DNA of 20,000 bases from Spongospora subterranea f. sp. subterranea (Eukaryota). Each line of letters starts with the position of its first letter. Within the stretch, counting starts at the first letter, position 1. The stretch covers positions 246,918 through 266,917 of the forward strand of contig JAUGWO010000142.1 in the NCBI GenBank assembly GCA_049724395.1, written 5' to 3'. The notes under the pieces were generated by a model that was not told the DNA's origin, ran no database searches, and saw only the letters and a list, made by a program, of their open reading frames with translations. Shown here piece after piece: positions 1 through 11,166 of the stretch. Both the position numbers and the translations under genes were made by a program.

Positions 1-46
1 AGTTCGGCTTAAAGGCTCAAATACCGGAGTACATCAGATCTGAAAT

Positions 47-169
47 TATTAAGTTATGAACGCTTCTACCCCTGTACTACCGTACCAATATGATCCTACC
101 AATTATAATACATTTCTTCCTAATATTCTGGTCAACAGCTCTGGTCTATATTACGAACACCATCTGTTA
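47..169 (+). repeat. 5' LTR of the copia element (TATT...GTTA)
   Basis: Identical by eye to 4078-4200; boundaries set by the TSD and the purine tract. Confidence 0.95.
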
Positions 170-192
170 GATTAAGAGTCCCAACTCCACCA
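170..192 (+). promoter_or_regulatory. Primer-binding site complementary to the anticodon/D-arm half of tRNA-Lys(CUU)
   Basis: GATTAAGAGTCCCA directly follows the LTR; its reverse complement TGGGACTCTTAATC matches the typical eukaryotic tRNA-Lys(CTT) anticodon arm. No TGG (CCA-complementary) start. Confidence 0.8.
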
Positions 193-265
193 AGTTGCGC
201 GACAGAGCTCATTGACACAGAAAGGGGTAGTCCAGCGTAAAGCCAACGCAAGAGACACCACCACC

Positions 266-3200
266 ATGACCCGCCACAGCAGAGACGAGGTCAACAACAT
301 CGCCGGCGGCAACAGCCAGCCAGAGCGACGATGGGAGTCGACAAGATCGACAACAATTCACCCGCTAAGGAAGGAGGTGGACACCACCAAGTATAACGGC
401 GGCCTAAATCTGATCCCAGAGTTTGACGGCACAAACTGGGACACTTTCAAACGGAAGGTTGAGACCCAACTCATTCGAATGGATATAGACTCGTATTTGC
501 ACCACGAGCCTAACGCTGAATCTTCAACAGAGCGACGCAACGATCGCGCAGCGTTAGCCGAAATCAGCATGCGCCTGGCACAGGTGCAGTATAAGCAGGT
601 CAGCCATTGTGCAACAACAGCACAACTATGGAGAACACTCCAAGATACATACGATGAAACTAAAGAGGCGAAATCCGGGGCCTTATTCATCGAATTCATT
701 GAGGCGCAAAAGCAGCCAAGCGAGACGATGAAGGCTTACCTGGACCGACTCGTTTCAATATACCACGACATGATCACACTGGAGATCAAGATCGGAGAAC
801 TAGCATTCTGTGCGAAAGTACTTCAGGGATTACCAGCAGAGTACAACCAAGTCAAGGCAGCTGCGAGAGCATCACAGCTAGGGACAATTGCTTCAATGAC
901 AAGCCTCTTACTGTCTACAGAACGAGAGCACGAGCATGGCAAGTTTGCAAAGATACCGAACGAGCCAGCGATTGACTTGAAGACAATGAAAGCCCAGCAC
1001 AAGAGCAAAAGTTACTTGAGAGCCAAGCAGTATTGCAAGAAGTGCAAGACAACTTCTCATGACACAGACAAGTGTTGGGTGTTGAACCCACATCTCCGAC
1101 GAAAAAACCATGATGAATCTTCACCGAAAACGAACAATGCGCACCGCGTTAAATTCAATGGATTCAGAATCTCGCGCGTCGGCACAGCAGTCACGTGCGA
1201 CTACATCATTGACAGTGGCGCCAACGTTTCAGTCACAAATAATCAAAACATCTTGATTAATTATGAACCTCTTAAACAACCAGTTCAGATCCAAGCGTGC
1301 AATGGACAGGCCTCAAAGGCATATGGAAAGGGCATTTTGATCATCCAGACATCACCGCCAATCACCATCAAGGATGTACTCTACGCACCGAACATGACGA
1401 ATACGTTAATATCAGCGCATTCAATCACTCAACAAGGCTATAGAATCGTCATCGAAAACGACATGCACATTGAGAGCAAAGAAGGAAAAACGATCCTCAC
1501 CGCAAAGATGCATGATGGCCTATATTACGTCAGAACAGGGAGACATGCAAAGGTCAACGCGACGATCAGCCTGGACCTCGCTCATAAGCGGTTTGGACAT
1601 GCGTCGGACGAGCGTCTGAAGAATCTACAGAAATCGACCACCGGAATTGAAATTACCGGTAGCGAACGGCAGTTTTGCGACATCTGTGCGCAAAACAAAT
1701 CCCGACGACATGCATTTCCTGAAGAACGGCGAACCAAACCAACCCGAAGGTATCAGATGGTCTCATCAGATCTTAAAGGACCATTCGTAACACCTGGAGC
1801 TGGTAATTATCGCTATTACATAACGTTCAACTGTCTGTATTCTACCTGGACATGGGTCTCATTCTTGAAGACGAAGGAAGCAGACGAGGTACTACAGGCG
1901 ATGCGAAGATTCCTTACCGATGCACAGGCAGAAACCACGGAAAGGCTCGCTATTCTATTAACCGATGGAGGAAAAGAATACGTAAATGAGCAAATGAGCA
2001 CATTTCTTCTTCAGAAAGGAATTAAACATCAGAAGACAGTGCCATATTCCCCACAACAAAACGGTCAAGCCGAGCGACGAAATCTAACGATCATGCAGAT
2101 GGCCCGTTGTATATTAAGAGAGTCAGGTTTACCAGACGACTATTGGCCACATGCAGTCAGATACGCCGTCGACACTCTGAACAGATTGCCAACAAAACGC
2201 ATAGACTGGAAGACGCCATACGAACTGTGGAAAAATCAAGTTCCTGCGGTCGATAACATGCGCCCATTTGGATGCGTTGCCTGGACACACATTGACAGTT
2301 CATTTAGGACTAGTATTGATCCAACAGCGGAAAAGTGTATTTTCTTAGGATACCCATATTACCAAAAGGGATACGTTGTAGAACGCGTCAGAGACAAGAA
2401 AGTACTCATCAGACGCGACATCACATTCAACGAAGGGAGCACGCGCGAAAATCATCCGCAAAGCCAAAATCCCATGGAAATCATTGACGAATTCGTCTAT
2501 GAAATTAACCGTGCAGTTCGACTACCAACCACATTTGCAGAGGCGATGGAGTCACCGGAAGCAACGAAATGGCGACAAGCTGCTCAAGAAGAAATTGATG
2601 CACACCATCGCAATCACACGTGGACACTCGTATAAACCTGCACACATCAAGCCGATCAAAGGCAAATGGGTATTCACGACGAAAACACACCCTGATGGCA
2701 AGGTACGATTCAAGGCACGACTTGTGGCAAAAGGATTCGCACAGAGAGAAGGAATCGACTACGATGAAACTTTTTCATCTGTATTGGCGCAGACATCGCT
2801 TCGAACGATTTTATCAATTGCCGCCGCCAACCACTGGAAGATTTATCAGAAGGATTTCACAACTGCATATCTAAATGCACCTCTAACTAATCCTATCTTC
2901 ATATACCAACCGGACGGATTCCTCAAGCAGGGCGAGGAACATAAAGTATGTCTACTAGAGAAAGCCTTATACGGTCTGAAGCAGGCCGGTCGCGAATGGC
3001 AAACGACCCTGTTTGGCAAGTTAAGGGAAAGTCAATTCGCGCAATCAACCAAGGAACCATGCATTTGGTACAAATCCCGCGAGAATCAATTAACAATCAT
3101 AGGTATCTATGTAGATGATCTGCTAATCACAGGCGACGACGACACTGAAATTACGAAGATTTCAGCAGTACTACGGTCATCATTTAAGATGAAAGACCTA

Positions 3201-4045
3201 GGGGAAGCCGATACATTTCTCGGTATGAAGATCCGTTGTTTAGATGGCACGATCCGACTATCGCAAGAAAAATACATAAGAGAGGTCATCCAGCGTTTCA
3301 AGCAGGAAAACTGCAAACCAGTCACCACACCGATGACAACTATTTATGATCCAAACGAGGACGAGGAGATTACTGATAAGTATCCCATTCGCGAAATCAT
3401 TGGAAGTTTATCCTACATCGCTTACGGGACACGTCCTGATATTGCATTTGCAGTTAACAATATCAGCAGGCATGTGTCGAAACCAACCAAAGCACTATGG
3501 AAAGCGGCGCAAAGGATCCTCAAATACCTGAACACGACCCCGAATGACGGCTTGGTGTTCAAGGGGAGCTCAACTGATATCACAGGATGGGCCGACAGCA
3601 ATTACGCGATGGATACTCTTGATCGGCGATCAACAACAGGTCTACTGATCCAAGTGGGAGGCAATCCCGTTATATGGAAATCCAGAAAGCAACATTCAGT
3701 TGCACTTTCAACAACTGAAGCGGAATATATGGCCGCAAGCGACGCCACAAGAGAAATCATTTGGCTCCGCGATTTGCTGAAGGAGTTAAATCAATTTAAA
3801 GATTCGATGATTACTCCACTATACCAGGATAATCAGGGCGCTATTTTTCTCGAAAAGAACAATTGCTCGAACCAACGATCCAAGCATATCGATGTTCGAT
3901 ATCATTTCGTTCGCGAAAAGGTGCAACAAAGGGAAATAGAAATCATCTATTGTCCAACAACAGATATATGATGGCGGACATATTCACTAAACCAATCAGT
4001 GAACCTGCATTCAAAAGATTTAAATCATCCATTATGCAGATATAA
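266..4045 (+). CDS. Copia gag-pol polyprotein, broken by frameshifts at ~2632 and ~3966
   Basis: CCACCATG at 266; zinc knuckle CKKCKTTSHDTDKC; protease IIDSGA; integrase HKRFGH...CDIC, SDLKGP, TDGGKEY, NGQAERRN; RT KARLVAKG, LYGLKQA, YVDD; RNase H WADSNYA, KHIDVRYHF, ADIFTKP. Spread over ORFs 212-2635, 2484-3971 and 3863-4045. Confidence 0.95.
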
Positions 4046-4077
4046 TAATACTGACAAAGGTTAAAAGCGAAGGGGAG

Positions 4078-4200
4078 TATTAAGTTATGAACGCTTCTAC
4101 CCCTGTACTACCGTACCAATATGATCCTACCAATTATAATACATTTCTTCCTAATATTCTGGTCAACAGCTCTGGTCTATATTACGAACACCATCTGTTA
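4078..4200 (+). repeat. 3' LTR of the copia element
   Basis: Identical to 47-169, preceded by the purine tract and followed by TSD GAAAT. Confidence 0.95.
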
Positions 4201-4211
4201 GAAATCATGAA

Positions 4212-4295
4212 GCTCTGGTGGTGGAGTGGTCTAACACGTGCGATTCAGGTTCGCATCTCATTCGTGGGGCGCGGGTTCGAATCCCGTCTGGGGCA
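4212..4295 (+). tRNA. tRNA-Leu (anticodon CAG)
   Basis: Cloverleaf: acceptor GCTCTGG/CTGGGGC plus discriminator A; D-loop AGTGGTCTAA; anticodon arm TGCGA-TTCAGGT-TCGCA; long variable arm CTCA-TTCG-TGGG; T-arm GCGGG-TTCGAAT-CCCGT; no encoded CCA. Confidence 0.93.
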
Positions 4296-4298
4296 ACA

Positions 4299-4306
4299 TT
4301 TTTTTT
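4299..4306 (+). terminator. RNA polymerase III oligo-T terminator
   Basis: T8 run starting 4 nt after the tRNA 3' end. Confidence 0.85.
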
Positions 4307-4637
4307 CATCACTTGGCGGCTTTGGTTGAGTTTTTCCCTGTTTTCCAAGTCGGGAAGTCTTTTGTCACCATTTTCGTGGCAATTTGATGACGTTCAGGTT
4401 AACGTCCCGGCATTTTGCTAAAATTAACAAAACAACTTCTACTGAGCCACAAGATTGCTTGTTTGCCCTCGTAACTGTTATTACAGAGAAGGCAATACCA
4501 GATATGTGCACAGAACCAGCGGGAATATGTTAAACCTAACACCATGAAATGGCTCATGTTCTATCCTATTGGCCAGGATTTTATCATACAGCACACCCCC
4601 CAGAAGATCACACGATTGGAGCGGCGATGAGTCTGCT

Positions 4638-5315
4638 TCAAAGCTCAACCATCTTCAAAGCATCTTCAGTGGTCGCCGTCCAACACCCCTCCAACGGTTC
4701 ACCTCTGGCGACCGGATTCTGTACAATCTTGGCAACGACTTTCGCCTCGATTTTCTGGATATCGCGGTCAACACAGGCAAAATGTCGTATGATCTGGTAT
4801 CCGGAGGGTGTGAGAGAGATGGATGGCCAACACAAGTACCTCCAATCTCTGCCTCTTTTCCAACCAGGCGCTGCCAGTGTCTTGACGGGTAACGATTGAT
4901 GAGATTGGCCAATCGTTCGATCAGAATGGAACTGCTGCGCGCGTCGTTTGACACTGTTCGTTGATGGGGGCGATGTCTGGCAATCATTGCATATCAGTTG
5001 GTGAACTGGTCATGAACAAGTTGATTATTGATCATGGCTATAACGGTAATGTATTGATCTCAACTTCTCGTCATGCTCATTATTATCTGTTAAAGGTGGT
5101 GGAAAGTACCTCTCTCCTTGTGAGGTTGGATTACACCTCCTAGTATTGCACACAATACATGCTCGAACAGTGCCAGTTTTCAAATGGTAAAATAGTATTA
5201 CCAGTATCAACTGGATTATAAAGGAATGACCAACATCGTTGATCCTTATCATAACCACTTTGGCGATATTCTTGGTCATATATCCATTAAGCCTTGTTGA
5301 TAGCGGTTGTGCCAT
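4638..5315 (-). CDS. Possible small multi-exon hypothetical gene, divergent from the methyltransferase
   Basis: ATG at 5315 (MAQPLSTRLNGY...), several plausible GT/AG pairs, and a protein-like last exon (IIRHFACVDRDIQKIEAKVV...). No fully consistent splice model was found. Confidence 0.25.
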
Positions 5316-5526
5316 GGATGCCCTTCGACTTGGGCCAATATCTCCCTCTCTCTCTCTCGTCCTCTCGATCGTGACCGCTCCTAAATTGTGTCGATCGTGT
5401 TGACGATAAGCGCGGCCCCTAGACCTGATTCGCCTCCCCCGTTCTCAGGTTGGCTCCCTTCCCAACTGCCTGTCCTGTCTAACTATCGCCAACCACCACT
5501 CCAATCGTCATACTGCTCCATCGATC

Positions 5527-7024
5527 ATGTCTCCAAAATCATCCCCCGATCCGAGTTGGTTTTGCCATCGATTCCGTCTTGTTCATATTCTGTATTTGGT
5601 CTTGGCGGTGTCAGCTCTATGGCTGATGTTTTTGAGCGGTAAATCTGGTCGACTCGATGGCGCCAACAATCAGTATAGGGGATTTCCCAGAGACCTACCG
5701 GTTCCAGTAGAACATCGAGCGCTGGTCATGGACCCGCGATCGCTGCTGGCCGCCAATACGATGGCACAGATATACGAACGGCTGGTGCAAGGAAAGAAAC
5801 TGGCGATTTCGGGGACAACACCCAAGATGATCATCGCTCATCACGGGGAACATGAATGGGTTTCCAAGAACATTATAGGTAAATAGGACCTGATCCAGTT
5901 CATTTGACGACCCGTTTATGGTCATGTTTTCATGAAACATTTTCTCATCAATTCACCTCCCGAAGTTTGTACATTTGGGAATTGATTTGGAATTGTTTCA
6001 GTATCTGCGACATAACACCTGCGTATTTGCAATTGAATAACCGATTCCATGAGCGAATATTGACCATAATCTATGTTCAGAGGCAGGTTCATATGATTCA
6101 CCGAAACTGGGGAAGATGAAGGAGATCTTCACGAAGGCGCCAGCGGGCAGTTGGGCCTTCATGGATATATCGGTGGGAATATCGGGCAGATGGGTCTATG
6201 GGCAATGGCTCATGGACATCATGTCATGGCCTTCGAACCCAATCGCTTCAACGCTGAGCGCTATTGCGAGTCGGTTTTGCTGAATCAGTGGCAGGATCAG
6301 TTCCTGTTGGTGAAGGCGGGAGTGAGCGACGTCAACTCCAAAGCGACCGGTCTGTTGGTTCCAGACGGTTCTCCAGCCGACACCAATCTAGGCGGATTTC
6401 ATATCGTCAAGTCGCTTGAAAAACAGGACGTCGATAAAGGTTCGACACCGACGAACCAATCGAATTACAAATCAGGTCTGACCTCAATCTCTGTCTGATT
6501 CAGCAACGGATATTCAGGAATTAACAATCGTGAAGATGGACGATATGCTCCCAGACTATATCGACTTCTTTAGTCGCCTTCCTGATCGTGGCGCCACCGT
6601 ACTCATTATGAAGGTCGATATTGAAGGTCAGTGATTTTAATCAGATCGAGGGAACATCAAACAACACAATACAGATCAATGATCAAGTTCACCCCTCTAA
6701 TTTATCATATTCCAGTTCTATTAAGAATTATGGGCAAACTGAACCGAATGCATATCAGGGAGTGAAAACCTGTTTTTCAAAGGGGCAACGAACTTTTTCA
6801 AGACTGTTCGGGTTGAGAATGTTTTCCTGGAAACGGTGCCGTCGATGTGGTTATTAGAGGAAGGGGTGGATCTGAGACAGGAAGTGAATGATTTCGGGGC
6901 GTTGCTCCATCAGCTGGGGTTTGACGCTGTCGAAGAGGGATCGAATCGGCCGATCAAGCTCATCGATGGATGCGATATCCCATTGGATCGGGCCGATAAT
7001 CTTATACTTCGCCAACGTTCATGA
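5527..7024 (+). CDS. FkbM-family (Methyltransf_21) SAM-dependent methyltransferase with N-terminal TM anchor; exons about 5527-5878, 6081-6439, 6504-6626, 6759-7024; apparent 2-nt frameshift at ~6168
   Basis: Splicing at GT-AG sites joins FMD(I)GGNIG, VMAFEPN, KAGVSD, IMKVDIEG-SE and VFLE, the canonical FkbM motifs; hydrophobic segment LVHILYLVLAVSALWLMFL. Confidence 0.85.
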
Positions 7025-7389
7025 TTGAGCAAACGTCTGTTGCTGTTCATCTCGAACAGAGTTCGTGCTCCTACAATCGCACACACGTCCTTTTATCATC
7101 TTCATTAAACTCATTGTTGACATTGATTATAAACCATTGACGGTATCAAAGTCTGAGGACAACTCCGAATGGGATCCGTTAAAGGTCATTACGACCATAA
7201 ATAACCTATGATCAGACTGTACTTTCAACAGAGTTGTTATTTCCCTGAAACTCTATTGCGACCAAGATCGCCACCGACTGATAACGACAGACTAAACACG
7301 TCCTTGACGACCATCCAATAACAGGATTCTGTCACCGCCATGAAATATTACGGGAGTATTATTGAAAGAGGTGAGGGAAAGAGAAGACA

Positions 7390-7423
7390 GGAAGAGAGGA
7401 AGAGAGGAAGAGAGGAAGAGAGG
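7390..7423 (+). repeat. (GGAAGAGA)x4 microsatellite
   Basis: Read directly. Confidence 0.8.
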
Positions 7424-7699
7424 TCATCACCTGTCGATATCAACAGATCACGACCGATAGATCATGACGGGACACCCCTCTGTTTCCACAGTTACGATGA
7501 GTTAGGTCCTCTTCGATTCGACCTCCTATACGTCAGAGATCTCCTAGAGGACCTGTGCTCATCCCAACTGGGAAATAATACTAATTCAGAACGAAGGAAA
7601 GTTTCCTGAAAATGGACCACCAGTCGATGCCGATGATGAAACTATATTCTTTGACGAAGACATCATCAAGGCATTAAATGCATGTTCACCAGACTCGTC

Positions 7700-9230
7700 C
7701 TCTTCAAGTGGAGACCTTCCAATCCAATCCGATTCAGTATGATCAGTCCTCACAGAATGTTATTCCCATGTCCGAAGCGTATGTAGAATCGGAGCCCTCC
7801 ACAACATCAGAACACCATGATCCGCTAGTCAAGTCCAACAAGTCAGATCGAGACTGAGTCCCTAGAGGCTCTTCTTTAGTCGAAATACTTGAGAAGGGTC
7901 ACCAGTTCAGAATCCAATAGGTTGTTTCATGTATATCTCTTCATGTAAATCCCCTTGGAGAAATGCACCCACTACGTCATATTGCCGCAATTTCAAGTTT
8001 GTGGAAGCGGAGAGTGCGAAGATAAGGCGAACTGAGGAGAGATGAGCGACAGGTAAAAAAGTTTCATTGTAATCAACTCCTGGTGCTGTGAAAAGCCTTT
8101 ATCTACAAGTCGAGCCTTGAATTTATCAATTGTGCCATCCTCCTTCGACTTCACCTTGAACACCCATTTGTTATCGATAGCGCAACGACCTTCTGGTAGC
8201 TGAAAGAGTTCCCAAGTATATCTGCACTAAGCCTTCGTATTCGTTATCAATCGCGTTCTTCCATTGATGCCAAAAAGGATTGTTTGGCTCCATTGCAGGA
8301 AGTCGTAGGGCCTCATTGCTGTTGCTGGTAATGGGTCACGAGTATCATCGTCCGAAACATCATTTCGAAGAGTTTGTAAATTCCTGATAGGTAACTGTAA
8401 GGAAATGGATTCACTATCGACAGCAAAGGGTGTCGCCGCAGCGCTCCCAAAGCCGAAACAGAAGTTTTCTTCATCGAACTCGACGTCTCGGCTGGTATAT
8501 TGCTTGTTGTCCATCGGGTCAACCAGAATATATGCTTTGTAGAATTTGAATTTTCAATCAACACTGTAATCCGAATGTAAGCAGGCAGCACCGAAATTCG
8601 TAGATAATGCAAATCCGGTTTAATTTGATGAGGAGCTTGAAATGGCGTCATTTTGTCATCTAGCGACGAATGGTCGGCGATTGTAAAAATGTGCGGCAAG
8701 CAAGAATGGTCATTGTATTGTCAGTGAGAGTGCGGTTCAAACGTTCAGCAAGACCGTTGGACTCAGAGTCACCCGCCACAGATGTCCGATGATTAATACC
8801 ACCCTGGGAAACGAGTCATATGTCTGATTCCTTAGAAGTGTACTCTCCACCATTGTCAGTTTGACGTTGCTTGATTTTGCAGTTGAATTGATTCAAAAAA
8901 AGAGAAACGAAGTTTTTTTACTGTTTGGAACTGGTCGAATTACGTCTTTAACGTGATTACATAATAGTATCTAGTGCAATGATCCATGTATGTGACAAAG
9001 TATCCAAAACCGCCAGACCTGAATGGCTATTGAGGTCGCTGACTATGAGATCCCCTGGTGCCTTAGAGACAGTGGTACTTGGAGAAATTGGACGACGTGT
9101 CATTTTTCTAGCTCCCATGGCTCGCAACTGATTGTAGATTTCCAGTTGAGAAAGTCATTCCTGAAGTACCGTTCTTGACTATGTGTTCCGTGTCTTCCAT
9201 GTTTGTGTGTCCTTGACGACCATGCCAAAT
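7700..9230 (-). pseudogene. Degenerate Ty1/copia pol relic (integrase and RT), different from the element at 47-4200
   Basis: Minus-strand motifs TDNGGEY (~8850), ESNGLAERLNRTL (~8750), SRDVEFDE, TWELFQLPEGRCAIDNKWVFKVK...KFKARLVDKGFSQ (8090-8220), DVVGAFLQGDLHEEIYMKQP (7915-7980); many stops and indels. Ends approximate. Confidence 0.88.
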
Positions 9231-9289
9231 TTGTGATTACGCTTTACTCTGGCGGCGGGCAAACTGTTAAAACTGCGACCCGATATCCC

Positions 9290-9620
9290 TACACTGTATT
9301 TGTGTTGAAGATATTCTCTATTCTCAGTCACCTAGGTATTCAATCAATCACTTCCCTTTCGGATCTGTTTCTCTGCAGTTTTGAGACACCCCCTCAAGCT
9401 GATGACTCCGGTAATTGAATGCAATCAACGGATCACATTCGAGTACGGCACCACTCGAATTTAGTTTTGCAGATCGGCCTGGTCAGAGAATCCGCCACCA
9501 TTTGTTCAGTAGAGCAATACTCCAACGATGTCGTGCCATCCTTCAGTTTGTCGCGTGTAGCATGATAATGAACATCTATATGTTTTTCTGTCATCATTGC
9601 GACACTTAGACAGCCCTGTT
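9290..9620 (-). pseudogene. Second copia relic: RNase H C-terminus, purine tract and probable start of a 3' LTR
   Basis: KHIDVHYHATRD...YCSTEQMVADSLTRP then stop at 9433, followed on the minus strand by TTGAGGGGG-TGTC (~9385-9397). LTR extent uncertain. Confidence 0.75.
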
Positions 9621-11166
9621 TATCGCCCTTGATCGTTATCGGCACGATCTGCTTTTGTGTTGATGTAATTCCACTAAGAATTGTTTTAACCATTCCGTTT
9701 CCCGAGCAGTTAGGAGCATATCCACCGGTTGGTGTCTGATAGGGTAAATGTACTGGAAATGTCGCCCTCTGGATGTTCTTACAGTTACATAACCTACAGT
9801 ACGATTTAAATGTCAAGCTCCACAGCGGTCACTAGTTAAACGATAGGCTAAACACTTACATGATGCAGAATTTATCATCTGATGACCACGATGATCAGTT
9901 TGTCGTTCTGAGTGCATCTCCTAACATCTGCCAATTATGCGCAATCAAATCTCGCACGAGTGGAGTAAAATAGGATTTTATAAGTGTTTATTGCAACCAC
10001 TCTTTCAGTCGCTGGATGTATTAGAGCTTTTTCAGCCGCTTGAATTCTTCAGCCTCAGGCGAAGTGGGATCGCTTTGAAACAATGAGAGGGCAAATCTGT
10101 CCTCATTGAGGCGATTTCGCTCTTCAGACGCCTTTCCTATAGCTTTGACTGTTATACCTAGTTATTTCTTCAAACCGGGCGGCTCGCTTGTCATTGCCAA
10201 CCAGCCGTGCGTCGTCACGATCCCGCTTTGCACGCTTGTTTCCGTTCGGGCGCTCGATTTTGCTGAGCATTGTTCTCAGTATCAAACGAGAGCGTCCTTC
10301 AACACTTTATACGCCTCAATAAATTCGAAAGTTGCCAGGAGTAACTTATTTATACCGCGTAAGAGCTTCCTCGAATGCCATCTGCTCATTCCAAATTGCG
10401 GCAATTCGTTTAATGTTTTGTTGATAATTCCACAAAAATTTTTGCACTGCTTGACAGCAATCGCTCCAATGGCTCTGCAGAGACTGTTGTGTCCTCGTCA
10501 CGACAAATGCGTCCCTCTGCCGCTCCTGCCCCATAGAAAGAGAATACGTTCCCAGAACGTAGATGCTCGCTGATCGGCACCAACAATGGGATTACATCAA
10601 ACGGTCAACCGACTGGAAGCCAGCAAAGTGTCATGATCCAAAAGTCTTAGGTATATAAGGACCCGAGAATGATGGCCTTGTGCCATCATAGTACCTTTTG
10701 GGTCAGTTGGTAACTGTGTATCTCGGGCGCAGTTCCTAACAGTATGATGGCTATCAAGGTCGTGAGTTCGATTTCCTTAGTGTTCACAGCATTTTGGGGT
10801 CACTTGCGGCTTACATGTAACGGCATGGGGGTTGCTTTATATACCTTTCGTGGTCAGACTTCCCCGCCTGACTGGATTGTTTCGTCTTCTTCCTTCTCAC
10901 TCAACTGTGTTATCTCGTTTCTATGCTCACCATCCAGAGGATAATCTAGGAAGTCGCACGGGGGCTGGAAGGTCATGGGGGTCGCTCCTAAACAGGGCGA
11001 TACTGTCATGATCCAAAAGTCTTAGGGCCCGTCTGGATGTCCACGGAACTCAATATCATGGGTTTGCCAAACCCATGATAATGAGTTTCGTACTGTCTGG
11101 ATGACATAACCTGACGATTGACGCAAGGCATTTTGGCGGGAATTTTGGAATTTCGCAATTGTGTTG

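Larger units (their letters stand above)
47..4200 (+). mobile_element. Full-length Ty1/copia LTR retrotransposon (4154 bp)
   Basis: Identical 123-bp direct repeats at 47-169 and 4078-4200; 5-bp TSD GAAAT at 42-46 and 4201-4205; purine tract AAAAGCGAAGGGGAG before the 3' LTR; domain order gag-PR-IN-RT-RH. Confidence 0.97.

Noticed and set aside
4087..4421. ORFs overlapping the 3' LTR and tRNA
   Set aside because: Spurious frames across non-coding features.
4549..4899. Plus-strand 116-aa ORF
   Set aside because: No recognisable motif; probably a shadow of opposite-strand coding or chance.
7340..7609. 89-aa ORF
   Set aside because: Driven by a purine microsatellite next to a decayed retroelement; no domain signal.
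9908..9926. GAGTGCATCTCCTAAC as a Harbinger-type terminal repeat
   Set aside because: No matching opposite end or TSD found in the window.
10106..10573. 155-aa plus-strand ORF
   Set aside because: Antisense to the Myb/NAM-associated pseudogene.
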